This document shows positions 26,041 to 35,790 of a stretch of DNA of 64,000 bases, in pieces (the first letter of the stretch is position 1; the number at the start of each line of letters is the position of its first letter). A program made the position numbers and the translations under genes. The stretch is from NCBI GenBank assembly GCA_015061565.1, contig SUWI01000001.1:21505-85504 (forward strand), read 5' to 3'. This DNA is from Lentisphaerota bacterium. Its GTDB lineage: Bacteria > Verrucomicrobiota > Lentisphaeria > Victivallales > UBA1829. Below the pieces are notes generated by a model that had not been told where the DNA came from, made no database searches, and was given only the letters and a program-made list of their open reading frames with translations.

Positions 26041-29000
26041 TCATTCCGCGCCGGCAGGGACCATCAGCATGAAGTTATGTCCCTTCAGCTGATAGTTCTC
26101 CAGTTCCTGACTGGTATATTTTTTGCCAGTCCAGAGATCGGTCAATACCGCGGGTTCGGCAATGCCGATTTTTTCCCAGTTGAATTTCAAGCCGGTCCGA
26201 ACCGGTTTTCTGGAGGTATTGACAATGCAGAGCATCCGGGAATGAGGAGCATTTCCGGACCACGAATACCAGGACACCCGGATCGGCGGAGCGGATTCAA
26301 CGGTTATCGGATCGGTCCAGTAGCCGTGGAACCGGGCGGATGCCATCTTGATTTCTTTACGGAGAGTCACCAGTTTGAACAGCGGCGATTTCAGCGGATC
26401 GGCGCCGAAAGCACCGCAGCAGTAATCGTAAAGGATGGACGGCGCCAACGCGTGGACGAAGTATTCATCCGAACGCATTTTAGCAACTTCCTTCTTCGGC
26501 AGTTTCAAAATGCGAGGAATCCGGGTCAGCTGCGTGCAAGCGATAAATGCCATGCCCCGGATTTCGCTGTTCCAAGCTGACTGATAGGCTTCCGGTGAAA
26601 CGACCTCCAGATAACCCCATTCCGGATTGGCGGCAATGGCGGAAAAGAGCTCTTCCCCCGGCATCCAGTAATCGCCCAGATCGTGAACAAAAGGATAATA
26701 GGCATTGTGCGCATGAACCCCGAAAGTGCGATTGTATTTCTGGTGGATTTTCAGAATCCGGAGGGCATGAGCCCGGCGGTGAAAGATGTTGAGTGTTTGA
26801 AAGGGGTGTCCAAATGCGTCGGTTCCCGCGCACCCGTGCAGCGGGTTCTTACAGGTGAAATTGCTCATAATATCAAAATAACAGCCGTCCAGCTCCGGCA
26901 CCTCCCGGTAAAGCCGGTCCAGATTCCAGGCATGGAGATCACTGACCGGCGTATGGCCGCAGCAGGGTTCGATCAGATAACGTTCCTTGGTAAGGGGATC
27001 GCGTGCTTCCCAGGGGAAGCCGGGCAGAGTAGCGCACCCTTTGAACAACCAGTCATAAGCATCATCCGGCTTCCCCATGTGGGTCGGCATGCCGTACATC
27101 CTTGTTTTGAAACCCTTGCCATGGAGGTTCTGCATCGCCTTCCGGAATTTCGCCATATCCGCCGGTACCATGCCGACCACGCCGGTAATATGTTCATCGG
27201 TAAGCGGTCCGGACCAGGAATGACCGCCGATCTCCACATAATCGGACTTCGGCTGCCACCGCGCACCGAAACAGATTTCACGGAAGGAACTGTCCGGTCG
27301 TTTTGGCGGAGTCGCCTGGAAAACCATGGTGTAGGCCGCCGGCTTTTCCAGAACGGCGGATTTTGCCAGAATACTCACCTTGACATCCGCCTGCCGGTCA
27401 TTGCGGACGATTGAAATATTATGCCGATTCGGATCAATGATCCAGTTGGCATTGGAATCGCACGACCAGGCAAACCCGTTGACAAAACCGGTCAGCCAGA
27501 CCATCGTACATCCCTTTGCCTTGTTTCCGGAAAGTGTCCAGGTGCGTTTGATCGTATCCGTTTTCCATGGGACATAGCCCGGAACCAGCAGATAACGTGC
27601 CGCATCCCGGAATACCGACCAGGTCAGATGCATCGAATTCAGTTTCAGCGGTGCAGAAGGAGTCAGGGTGATCCGAAACTTGTACATTCCGTCGAACCAG
27701 AGTTCCCCTGCGGATTGCGCTTTCCCTCCGTCAAACGAACCGTCCGCAAAAATTTCCACATAATCCCCGTAATTTCTGCCGAACCGGACTGCATTCCACC
27801 GCAGTGGTTTCCCGTTCAATATCCATGCCGGCTGTGCGGCCAGCAGCTTCTGCCCCCGCGATACCGTCTGCACCGGCAGCGGCCCGGCTTCAAAGTGATA
27901 AGTCCGGTCCAATACCGAAACCGTATTGCCGGCCACCTTGACCGCATGCCAGGGACGCGGCACATCGTGATTGACCGCCACGCGCTGACGATACGGCGTC
28001 ATATCCGGATACCGGAACGGTTTGCGGATGCTGAACTTGCCGACTTTCGCCTCCACTGTATATGTCGATGCTTCCGGCAGATCCTTCGGAACGGGAAGAC
28101 TGATCTCGCATTCCCCCTTGTCCGAACGAAATTCCTTCCGGATATAGCACCGGCCGTCTTTCGACACGGTAATGAGTCCGTCCGCCTGCTTCATTCCGGA
28201 GGCTGAGAAATCCAGTCGGCAGTCAATCGTTCCCGCATAGCAATTTCCCATAACCGTCATCAGCAGAGGAGGATTCACCACGAAATCGCGGGAGAAGCGA
28301 TAAATTGTCTTGCCGGATGAATCTTTGACGGAAAATACGAGTTCCGCCTGTCCCGCCGACAAATTTTTCCGAAAGGTTTTGCTGATGTCTCCATTCGCGG
28401 TTTTGATAATACATTCCGCCGTCGTCCCCGGCGCTTTCAGATATTCCACCGCCAGATCGCCAGTGGTCAGATTCCCGAATCCGGTTACCCCGATCAGTCC
28501 GGTTTCCGGACCGTCCAGTTGAAGCGTTCCGAAAGACCGCCGGTCGGAAAATCCGGTAGTATCCGCCAATAACGGGCTCCAGGTATAGGGGTAGGCTTTG
28601 GATGACGGCGATGAAACGCCGAAGTTGGCCGGCAAAGTATTCCCCGCCTGCAAATCTTCCAGAGGAATTTCCAAATGGGCATACCATTTGTCTTTTTCAC
28701 GTCGTGCGGAAACCCGGGCACGTGAATTCCAGGACGCGTTTTTCTCCAGAGAATCGTAAAGAGATCCTGCGGGATTGACAATGAACTGACGTGCTTTTCC
28801 ATCTTTTCCCAAAGCGTGAAATTCCACCGCGTCATTCAGCCAGAGTTCGCCGTCGCGCCTGGTCAACGAACAAGACGCACCCGGATTGGGAACCATATAA
28901 TCCAGAATCAGCCGATCCTGTTTCCGGGTTACCGTCACGGTTGCAAGACGTTCCTCCCGCGGTTTTGCCGCGACCGGAATCTGATGACAAATCGGCAAAA

Positions 29001-29760
29001 CCGCCGGAATTCCTGCAAACGGCTTTTCTATCATTTTCCTGGAAGGATAATATTTTTCATAGTCGGCCAAAATCTCCGACGGGGAAAGAACCCGGTCATA
29101 AACCTTGAACTCGTCATACCCGGTTTTCCACTCCGGATTCACTAACCAGGTCATATTATCGTTCAGGTAAAGGACCGTCCCGTCCAGATTCGGAAACTTT
29201 GGCGTCTCCCGGAATATCTTCACCTGGCTGGAATCGTTTTTCGGAGTTTTTCCGTCAATGTACAGTTTCAGGCTGCTGGAATTCCAGGTAATGTCGATCT
29301 TATGCCATTCCCCGAGTTCCCATTTGGGCTTGGCATAGACTTTCCCGCCGGCATAATGCAGCGTAAGCATATTGCTGCTGCCTTCGCGCAGCAGCCGCAG
29401 CAGCAGTTTGTTTTTTCTTCTGACCGTGATCAGTTTATGAAAATATTTGCCGCCGTCATGCATCTTCCAGTTGACCGGTTTGACCCAGAAGGAAATGGTG
29501 CCGTGTTCGGGATTGATGATCCCCGTCCCCGTATAGGAAATGAATTCACGGTTGTTCAATTCCACTCCATTGTCTTTTCCCTTCGGACCTTTATACATGC
29601 GGAGCTGCAGCTCGGACGGGATCCCTTCGGTTTTCACTTGGCCGACGGAAAAGTCCGGAACGGTCGAGAATTTGTTGAAACTGCTGTAAAGCAGCAGTCC
29701 GGGTTCCGCTCCGGTCGCCGACAGGGAAAACAACAGAAAAAGATAAAAGATTTTTTTCAT
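26041..29760 (-). CDS. Large secreted LamG/concanavalin-like domain protein, putative glycan-active enzyme
   Basis: Signal peptide MKKIFYLFLLFSLSATGA. N-terminal LamG-like jelly roll (ISFWVKPVNW...EWHKIDITWNSSSLKLYIDGK). 1239 aa. The catalytic family was not assignable by eye. Confidence 0.65.
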   Translation of the reverse strand: MKKIFYLFLLFSLSATGAEPGLLLYSSFNKFSTVPDFSVGQVKTEGIPSELQLRMYKGPKGKDNGVELNNREFISYTGTGIINPEHGTISFWVKPVNWKMHDGGKYFHKLITVRRKNKLLLRLLREGSSNMLTLHYAGGKVYAKPKWELGEWHKIDITWNSSSLKLYIDGKTPKNDSSQVKIFRETPKFPNLDGTVLYLNDNMTWLVNPEWKTGYDEFKVYDRVLSPSEILADYEKYYPSRKMIEKPFAGIPAVLPICHQIPVAAKPREERLATVTVTRKQDRLILDYMVPNPGASCSLTRRDGELWLNDAVEFHALGKDGKARQFIVNPAGSLYDSLEKNASWNSRARVSARREKDKWYAHLEIPLEDLQAGNTLPANFGVSSPSSKAYPYTWSPLLADTTGFSDRRSFGTLQLDGPETGLIGVTGFGNLTTGDLAVEYLKAPGTTAECIIKTANGDISKTFRKNLSAGQAELVFSVKDSSGKTIYRFSRDFVVNPPLLMTVMGNCYAGTIDCRLDFSASGMKQADGLITVSKDGRCYIRKEFRSDKGECEISLPVPKDLPEASTYTVEAKVGKFSIRKPFRYPDMTPYRQRVAVNHDVPRPWHAVKVAGNTVSVLDRTYHFEAGPLPVQTVSRGQKLLAAQPAWILNGKPLRWNAVRFGRNYGDYVEIFADGSFDGGKAQSAGELWFDGMYKFRITLTPSAPLKLNSMHLTWSVFRDAARYLLVPGYVPWKTDTIKRTWTLSGNKAKGCTMVWLTGFVNGFAWSCDSNANWIIDPNRHNISIVRNDRQADVKVSILAKSAVLEKPAAYTMVFQATPPKRPDSSFREICFGARWQPKSDYVEIGGHSWSGPLTDEHITGVVGMVPADMAKFRKAMQNLHGKGFKTRMYGMPTHMGKPDDAYDWLFKGCATLPGFPWEARDPLTKERYLIEPCCGHTPVSDLHAWNLDRLYREVPELDGCYFDIMSNFTCKNPLHGCAGTDAFGHPFQTLNIFHRRAHALRILKIHQKYNRTFGVHAHNAYYPFVHDLGDYWMPGEELFSAIAANPEWGYLEVVSPEAYQSAWNSEIRGMAFIACTQLTRIPRILKLPKKEVAKMRSDEYFVHALAPSILYDYCCGAFGADPLKSPLFKLVTLRKEIKMASARFHGYWTDPITVESAPPIRVSWYSWSGNAPHSRMLCIVNTSRKPVRTGLKFNWEKIGIAEPAVLTDLWTGKKYTSQELENYQLKGHNFMLMVPAGAE

Positions 29761-29790
29761 AGCAGCATGCTTTTCTTGGTTTGAATGATT

Positions 29791-30588
29791 TTACTTGTAA
29801 AGGAACGGCCAGGTGGAACTTGTCCCCCGTCCGGGATGTTTGGTCGAAGTGACAATATCCGGCAAATTACGCATTTTCTGTGCTTCGGCGTGACCGTCTG
29901 CCATCAGAATATTCGTATAGCTGCCCGTATGACGGTATGCCACCGCGCCTTTCCCGCCGCCGGCCGTCAGTGTAATATACCAGGTGTTGAGAAGCCAGGT
30001 TTGCCCTTTCGAAACCGTCCCGTCTATCATCAGCAGATTCCTGGATGGAAATTTCAACTGTCCGTTCCGGATGCCGCACGTAAAACCTTCGTCCTTGGTA
30101 TTCATCCATAAGATGCAGCCGTTTGCCATGTAATTCGTAATGATCCGAGGAGTCCCGCTCCTGGTACAGAAAGACGTTTCCGATTCAGGACAATGGAACA
30201 TGGCAAATTTCCTGATCCCTTTTTTAAATTCGGGATCCTTGTTGTTAGAACCATAATAAGGAGAGTTCAGATTTTTATAAATTCCGGCACTGATCGCCAG
30301 ATACTGAATCAGGGTAAATGTGACGTTGCTTCCGTTGTATTTAGTATAATTGTTGCAGGGAGGATAATATTCCTGATAGTCTCCGACGTAAACGTTAAAT
30401 GCCAAACTATTCTGTTTGAGATTATTCGTACAGCCGATCCCTCTGGCTTTCTTCTTTGCCGAATTCAGCGCGGGCAGCAGCATTCCCGCCAGAATCGCAA
30501 TGATCGCAATAACCACAAGAAGCTCGATCAATGTAAATGCGGGATGCATAACGGCAGTTATGCAGTTCGGAGTTGACCGTTTTTTCAT
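29791..30588 (-). CDS. Prepilin-type N-terminal cleavage/methylation domain protein (DUF1559-like pseudopilin)
   Basis: [42 protein letters not shown]. The C-terminal segment [14 protein letters not shown] resembles the H-X9-DG signature. Confidence 0.85.
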   Translation of the reverse strand: MKKRSTPNCITAVMHPAFTLIELLVVIAIIAILAGMLLPALNSAKKKARGIGCTNNLKQNSLAFNVYVGDYQEYYPPCNNYTKYNGSNVTFTLIQYLAISAGIYKNLNSPYYGSNNKDPEFKKGIRKFAMFHCPESETSFCTRSGTPRIITNYMANGCILWMNTKDEGFTCGIRNGQLKFPSRNLLMIDGTVSKGQTWLLNTWYITLTAGGGKGAVAYRHTGSYTNILMADGHAEAQKMRNLPDIVTSTKHPGRGTSSTWPFLYK

Positions 30589-30620
30589 GTTTTTTCCTTT
30601 CCTGTTGTTGGTATGGATTT

Positions 30621-31697
30621 TTATTTTTTCACCGGACCGACCGATTTGCGCATGAGATAAACCGCCGGGAGCGTCCTGGGCAAAACATCCTGGCCGGTTT
30701 TGATCTTTTCCATCAGGACCGCTACTGCAGCCCGACCGATTTCATAATATGGAACTTTCACCGTTGACAACGGAACCGGAGCCGACGCCGATTCTTCGAT
30801 GTCGTCGAATCCGATCACGGAAATGTCCTCCGGGACGACAAGACCGCGGTTCCGGAGCGCTTCCATGGCCCCGATCGCGATCCGGTCATTGACGCAGAAA
30901 ACCGCCGTCGGACGCTGTTTCTCCGGCAGCTGAAACAGACGGTCGATCAGCAACGCGCCGTCTTCATAAGTAACGGCCTGATCGTCCCGGATCACCAGTT
31001 CCGGAAACATTTCCTGCCGGTGGGTTTCCAGCGCGATCCGATAGGCGGCATAACGGTAGAGCGATTTGGCATTTCCGATATAGGCGATCCGGCGGTGTCC
31101 GAGATGGATCAGATGCGATACGGCATCGAACACGCCCATCATATAATCGGGCCTGACGCAATTCACCTGCGGACCGAAATTCGGCGGCAGCAGGATCTCG
31201 ACCGTATTGCCCGGACACCGTGACCGGTATTTTTCCGCGAAAAATTCGATCCGCTGCGGAAACAGGATCGTCAGCAGATTCGGATCCCGCTGTGCGGCAT
31301 CGAGGATCTCGTCCATGGGAAGGATTTTGACCATGCCCGGATAGGCGTTGATGATGCCGCGCCGGATCTCCTCCACCAGAAACCAGGAAAGCTCATGCCG
31401 TGCCGATTCTTCATGCCCGGCCTGATTGATATAGAGCGGACAGGTCATGACTTCTCCGCTCATGCCCGGGATCGTGCGGGTCCCGCGGACAAAAGTCCCG
31501 AGTTTGCGTTTCCGTTCGAAATAACCCTGGCGGGTCATTTCGCCGACGGCCCGCGCCACGGTAACGCTGCTGACCCGGTATTTGCTCATGATCTCTTTTT
31601 CGGTATAGAAACGGTCGCCGACCTGGAAATTGCCGCTCTGAAGCTCCTGTTTGAGTGCGTCCTGCAACTTCAGTTGTTTGGTGTTCGGGAATACCAT
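30621..31697 (-). CDS. Transcriptional regulator: GntR-type wHTH fused to a LacI/PBP1 sugar-binding domain
   Basis: [40 protein letters not shown], then a periplasmic-binding-protein-like core ([18 protein letters not shown]...ISVIGFDD). Confidence 0.8.
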   Translation of the reverse strand: MVFPNTKQLKLQDALKQELQSGNFQVGDRFYTEKEIMSKYRVSSVTVARAVGEMTRQGYFERKRKLGTFVRGTRTIPGMSGEVMTCPLYINQAGHEESARHELSWFLVEEIRRGIINAYPGMVKILPMDEILDAAQRDPNLLTILFPQRIEFFAEKYRSRCPGNTVEILLPPNFGPQVNCVRPDYMMGVFDAVSHLIHLGHRRIAYIGNAKSLYRYAAYRIALETHRQEMFPELVIRDDQAVTYEDGALLIDRLFQLPEKQRPTAVFCVNDRIAIGAMEALRNRGLVVPEDISVIGFDDIEESASAPVPLSTVKVPYYEIGRAAVAVLMEKIKTGQDVLPRTLPAVYLMRKSVGPVKK

Positions 31698-31849
31698 TTT
31701 TTCAATTACCTTTATATTACATTGATTTAATTACGATTTAAATATATCACTCTGGAAATAAAAATCAAGCCGGAATTGTAAAAAAAAGAAAAAAACCCTG
31801 ATTGCCGGGTAATCGGGACGGCGTTGGGAGAGACTGGCGGTTTGGATGC

Positions 31850-31898
31850 CACGGACTTATTTTACGGATGGGTACGGATTTGTACGGAGATGCGCGGA
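31850..31898. repeat. 10-bp-phased array of (T)ACGGA hexamers
   Basis: CACGGA 31850, TACGGA 31863, 31873 and 31883, CGCGGA 31893. The last four have an exact 10-bp period. Confidence 0.6.
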
Positions 31899-31941
31899 AA
31901 CCGAAGGCATGGCGCGAAGATCACGGACGTGATGATCCGTA

Positions 31942-33156
31942 TCAGAAACCGGCTTCCGGGGCAGATGCAGCGGTTTGATATTTCTGAAAATTGACCGGCA
32001 TTCCTGTCTTTTTGGATTCCAGCAAAGCAAACCCCAGATCATTCGCCATTTTTCCGGCCATGCCGTCGGCGGTGGCGGGCTGCGTCTGATTCATAAAGGC
32101 TTCCGCAAAATGCCGGAATGCTCCGATCCAGCCTTTGTCGCATTCGAAATTGCGCTCCCGCCAATCCAATCCGGCATACGGAGCGGCAATTTGCTCGATT
32201 TCCTCGGAAAACGGCTGTTCTTCAGGCGCCAGCCGGATCGGCACCAGCCCCTTATTGACCGGAATGTCTTCCCACACCAGGCGGTTGCAGAGTCTCTGCC
32301 AGAAATCCAGGCCCCAGCGGAGGACTTCTTTCCCGAACGGACACCGCTGCGGTTCGAAGAGATGATCATGTTCTCCTTCGATGCCGCGGATCCGCAATTC
32401 CACAAAATCGCGCAAGGACATGGCGCCCCCCGGGGTGAAAACTTCCATCATCTCCTTTTCCAGGCCGATTCCACCCGCGCGGGTGGTGATCACCAGCACA
32501 AAACGGGAACCGTCCGGATATTCCATGGTCACAATGTCGTTTTCATCGTCCGTGCCGCTCATGAACACCCGCTCCGGCTGACTTTCCATCAGAAAAGCGG
32601 CCAGATCCAGAATATGGCAGCCTTCATAGATGATATGCGGCCGGCCATGGTAAAAACTGTTCCGGCTGCTTTTGTTGTAACTGTTCGCCGATTGAAGTCG
32701 GTAGCTGATGATCCAGGGACGGGGCAATTTCGTCAGGACCTGCCGGATTTTCAGGATCGCCGGGGCAAAACGGCGGTTGAAACCGATCGCCAGCCGGCCG
32801 GCGGCGTTTTTCTCTGCTTCCAGAATGGCCGCTTCCTCTTCCCTGGTTTCGCACATGGGTTTTTCGCACCATACCCATTTCCCCGCATTCAGCGATTCAA
32901 TGATCAGCCTGGCGTGAGTATCCTGCTTGGTCCCGATCACGATCAGATCGATTTCGGGATCGGCCAGCAGTTTCCGGTAATCGTCCGTAACATAGCCGAT
33001 CTGATATTTTTTCTGATGTTCCGCCAGCCGTTCGCGGTCCAGATCGGCAATGGCGCGGATCTCCATATACGGGGTTTCGCCGGCGGTTTTCAGATGACGC
33101 GCCGAAATGAATGCACCCGCTCCGATAAACCCAAGACGGATTTTTTTGCTGCTCAT
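31942..33156 (-). CDS. Gfo/Idh/MocA family oxidoreductase
   Basis: Start MSSKKIRLGFIGAGAFISARHL (Rossmann GxGxxG; RBS GGGAG). EKPMCET motif. Confidence 0.85.
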   Translation of the reverse strand: MSSKKIRLGFIGAGAFISARHLKTAGETPYMEIRAIADLDRERLAEHQKKYQIGYVTDDYRKLLADPEIDLIVIGTKQDTHARLIIESLNAGKWVWCEKPMCETREEEAAILEAEKNAAGRLAIGFNRRFAPAILKIRQVLTKLPRPWIISYRLQSANSYNKSSRNSFYHGRPHIIYEGCHILDLAAFLMESQPERVFMSGTDDENDIVTMEYPDGSRFVLVITTRAGGIGLEKEMMEVFTPGGAMSLRDFVELRIRGIEGEHDHLFEPQRCPFGKEVLRWGLDFWQRLCNRLVWEDIPVNKGLVPIRLAPEEQPFSEEIEQIAAPYAGLDWRERNFECDKGWIGAFRHFAEAFMNQTQPATADGMAGKMANDLGFALLESKKTGMPVNFQKYQTAASAPEAGF

Positions 33157-33292
33157 TTTTTCACTCCCGGTTCGAACCAATCCAATATCATTAAAATAAC
33201 CGAAAAAAAGACATATTTCAAGGTACTTTCATCTTGAAAAAGGGGTAATTTTCGCATATATTAGACAAAAAATAAAAGATTGGAAAGGGAAA

Positions 33293-34165
33293 ATGGCAGA
33301 TGCGATAAAACCGATGCATTCCCGCAGCCTGATCCTGCGGGTGGCCGGAAGGAATATCACGCCGGCGGGTCGGGCGCACAGCGATCCGCGGCACCGGCAT
33401 TCATTGTGGAGCCTGGATTTCTGCTACGGCGGCGAAAATACGGTCGAGGTCGAAGGACGCCACTATCTTTTCAAATGCGGAGATATCCTGCTGATCGCGC
33501 CGGGGCAGGAACACCGTTTCATCTATTCGGACAAACCGTTTTCCTGCTGCTCTTTCAAGTTCCGCCTCCCGCATCTGTCCGGATTGATGAAGATGCAGAC
33601 CATTTATGCCGGCGATCCCGAAGGATTCAGGAAACGGATGGCGGTCATTACAGCGGTCAGATCCTGTATGGAAGGCTTCTGTCCTCCCGAACTGCTGGCC
33701 CGGCCTTATGCTTTCACCATCATGGATTCGTATGAGGGCATTCACATTCTGGAAGAACTCCTATACGGCGTGACGTGTCATTACATTCGAGGCGAAGCCC
33801 GCCGGACCAGCGAGATCGCCTCGGACTCTCTGCTGGCAAAAATGTCTGAATTCGTTTATCTTCATGGCGGCGGTCCGGTCACCGTGGAAGAGCTGGCGGC
33901 GCATCTGGATTATTCCCCCGGTTATCTCCGGACTCTGGTCCGGCAGCATACGGGAAATTCGACCAAGAGGTTCATAGACCTCGAACGGATCAGAATCATG
34001 AAAGAGATGCTCCTCTATTCCGATATCCGGATCAAGGAGCTGGCGGACATCATGCAGTTCCGCGATGTCAAATATTTCACCCGGTTTTTCCGGAAATACA
34101 CAGGAAAAACCCCGCACGCCTGGCTGCGGCAGAATTATGGTTCGGCATCCTTGCCGGACGATTGA
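33293..34165 (+). CDS. AraC family transcriptional regulator (cupin sensor plus HTH)
   Basis: N-terminal cupin-like GDILLIAPGQEHRF. C-terminal AraC HTH LAAHLDYSPGYLRTLVRQHTG...FRDVKYFTRFFRKYTGKTPHAW. Confidence 0.85.
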   Translation: MADAIKPMHSRSLILRVAGRNITPAGRAHSDPRHRHSLWSLDFCYGGENTVEVEGRHYLFKCGDILLIAPGQEHRFIYSDKPFSCCSFKFRLPHLSGLMKMQTIYAGDPEGFRKRMAVITAVRSCMEGFCPPELLARPYAFTIMDSYEGIHILEELLYGVTCHYIRGEARRTSEIASDSLLAKMSEFVYLHGGGPVTVEELAAHLDYSPGYLRTLVRQHTGNSTKRFIDLERIRIMKEMLLYSDIRIKELADIMQFRDVKYFTRFFRKYTGKTPHAWLRQNYGSASLPDD

Positions 34166-34172
34166 TCCAGCC

Positions 34173-35774
34173 TCATTTTGACTGCAATGCGGCGGCGATC
34201 AGGCCGTCGAACAGCGGATGCGCATTCTGGGGCCGGGATTTGAATTCGGGATGGAACTGGCAGGCGATGAAATACGGATGGTCCTGCAGTTCCACGATCT
34301 CGACCAGGCCGCGCTGGGGATTGGTGCCGCTCACTTTCAGGCCGCCGTTTTCCAGCTCGGCGCGATAACGCGAATTGTATTCGTAACGGTGGCGGTGACG
34401 TTCGCGGACGGCGGAGACGCCGTAGCATTTTTCCGCCAGTGTGCCGGGAACGATCGCGCAGTCGTAAGCGCCCAGCCGCATGGTGCCGCCTTTGTCATGG
34501 ATCGTACGCTGCTCATCCATCAGGTCGATCACCGGATGGGCGGTGTTCTGATCGAACTCGGAGCTTTCCGCATCGGCCCACCCCAGCACATGCCGCGCGT
34601 ATTCGATGACCGCACACTGCATTCCGAGGCAGATCCCGAGGAACGGGATCCGGTTGGTCCGGGCGTATTCGGCCGCCTTGATCTTGCCCTCGATGCCCCG
34701 GGCGCCGAAACCGCCGGGAACCAGGATGCCGTCCACGCCCTTGAGCAGTTCCGCCGGATTTCCGGTCTCCAGTTCTTCCGATTCGATTTTTCTGACTTCG
34801 ACCTTGCAGGAATGTTTGATCCCGGCGTGGCTGAGCGCCTCGTAGATGCTCTTGTAGGCGTCCTGATGGCGGATGTATTTGCCGACGACCGCGATGGTGC
34901 AGCGGCAGGTGGGATTCAGCACGCCTTCGAGCCATTTCCGGTAGTCGTCCAGCTGGATCTCGCGCGGATCAAGCCGCAGCAGTTCCAGCACACGCAGATC
35001 CAGTCCCTGGCGTTCGAGTTCCAGCGGGACTTCGTAGATGGAGTTCTGCACATCGAGCTCTTCGATCACGCAGGAACGCGGCACGTTGCAGAACAGGGAG
35101 AGTTTTTTCAGGTGGTCGTCCTCCATCGGGATCTCGCTGCGGCAGACGAGGATGTCGGGCGTGACGCCGATGCCGCGCAAAGCCGCCACCGAATGCTGGC
35201 TGGGCTTGGTCTTCAGTTCCTTCGCCGCCCGGATGTACGGCACCAGGGTCAGATGCACGAAGATGGCATCGCCGGGGTCGGATTCGAGCTTGAACTGGCG
35301 CGCCGCCTCCAGGAACGGCAGACTTTCTATATCGCCGGTCGTGCCGCCGATTTCCGAAATGGCGATATCGATCCCATCCGCATGCAGAGACCGCATCGCG
35401 GTTTTGATCTCGTCGGTAATATGGGGAATGACCTGGACCGTGCCGCCGAGATAGCCGCCGGCGCGTTCCCGCGCGATCACATTGCTGTAGATTTTCCCGG
35501 ACGTGTAATTGCTGGCCTTGGAACAGGCCACGCCGGCGATCCGTTCATAGTGGCCGAGGTCGAGGTCGGTTTCCGCGCCGTCGTCGGTCACGAACACTTC
35601 GCCGTGCTGATACGGGCTCATGGTGCCGGGGTCCACGTTCAGATAAGGATCGAGTTTCTGCATGGCCACGCGGAAACCGCGTTTTTCCAGCAGGAAAGCG
35701 AGCGCCGCGCCCGTGATCCCTTTTCCCAGACTCGATACCACCCCGCCGGTGATGAAGATGTGTTTCGTTTTCAT
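34173..35774 (-). CDS. pyrG: CTP synthase
   Basis: Start MKTKHIFITGGVVSSLGKG (RBS AAGGGAGAA). GICLGMQ glutamine amidotransferase Cys. QFHPEFKSRP. Confidence 0.95.
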   Translation of the reverse strand: MKTKHIFITGGVVSSLGKGITGAALAFLLEKRGFRVAMQKLDPYLNVDPGTMSPYQHGEVFVTDDGAETDLDLGHYERIAGVACSKASNYTSGKIYSNVIARERAGGYLGGTVQVIPHITDEIKTAMRSLHADGIDIAISEIGGTTGDIESLPFLEAARQFKLESDPGDAIFVHLTLVPYIRAAKELKTKPSQHSVAALRGIGVTPDILVCRSEIPMEDDHLKKLSLFCNVPRSCVIEELDVQNSIYEVPLELERQGLDLRVLELLRLDPREIQLDDYRKWLEGVLNPTCRCTIAVVGKYIRHQDAYKSIYEALSHAGIKHSCKVEVRKIESEELETGNPAELLKGVDGILVPGGFGARGIEGKIKAAEYARTNRIPFLGICLGMQCAVIEYARHVLGWADAESSEFDQNTAHPVIDLMDEQRTIHDKGGTMRLGAYDCAIVPGTLAEKCYGVSAVRERHRHRYEYNSRYRAELENGGLKVSGTNPQRGLVEIVELQDHPYFIACQFHPEFKSRPQNAHPLFDGLIAAALQSK

Positions 35775-35790
35775 CGTCGTTTTCTCCCTT

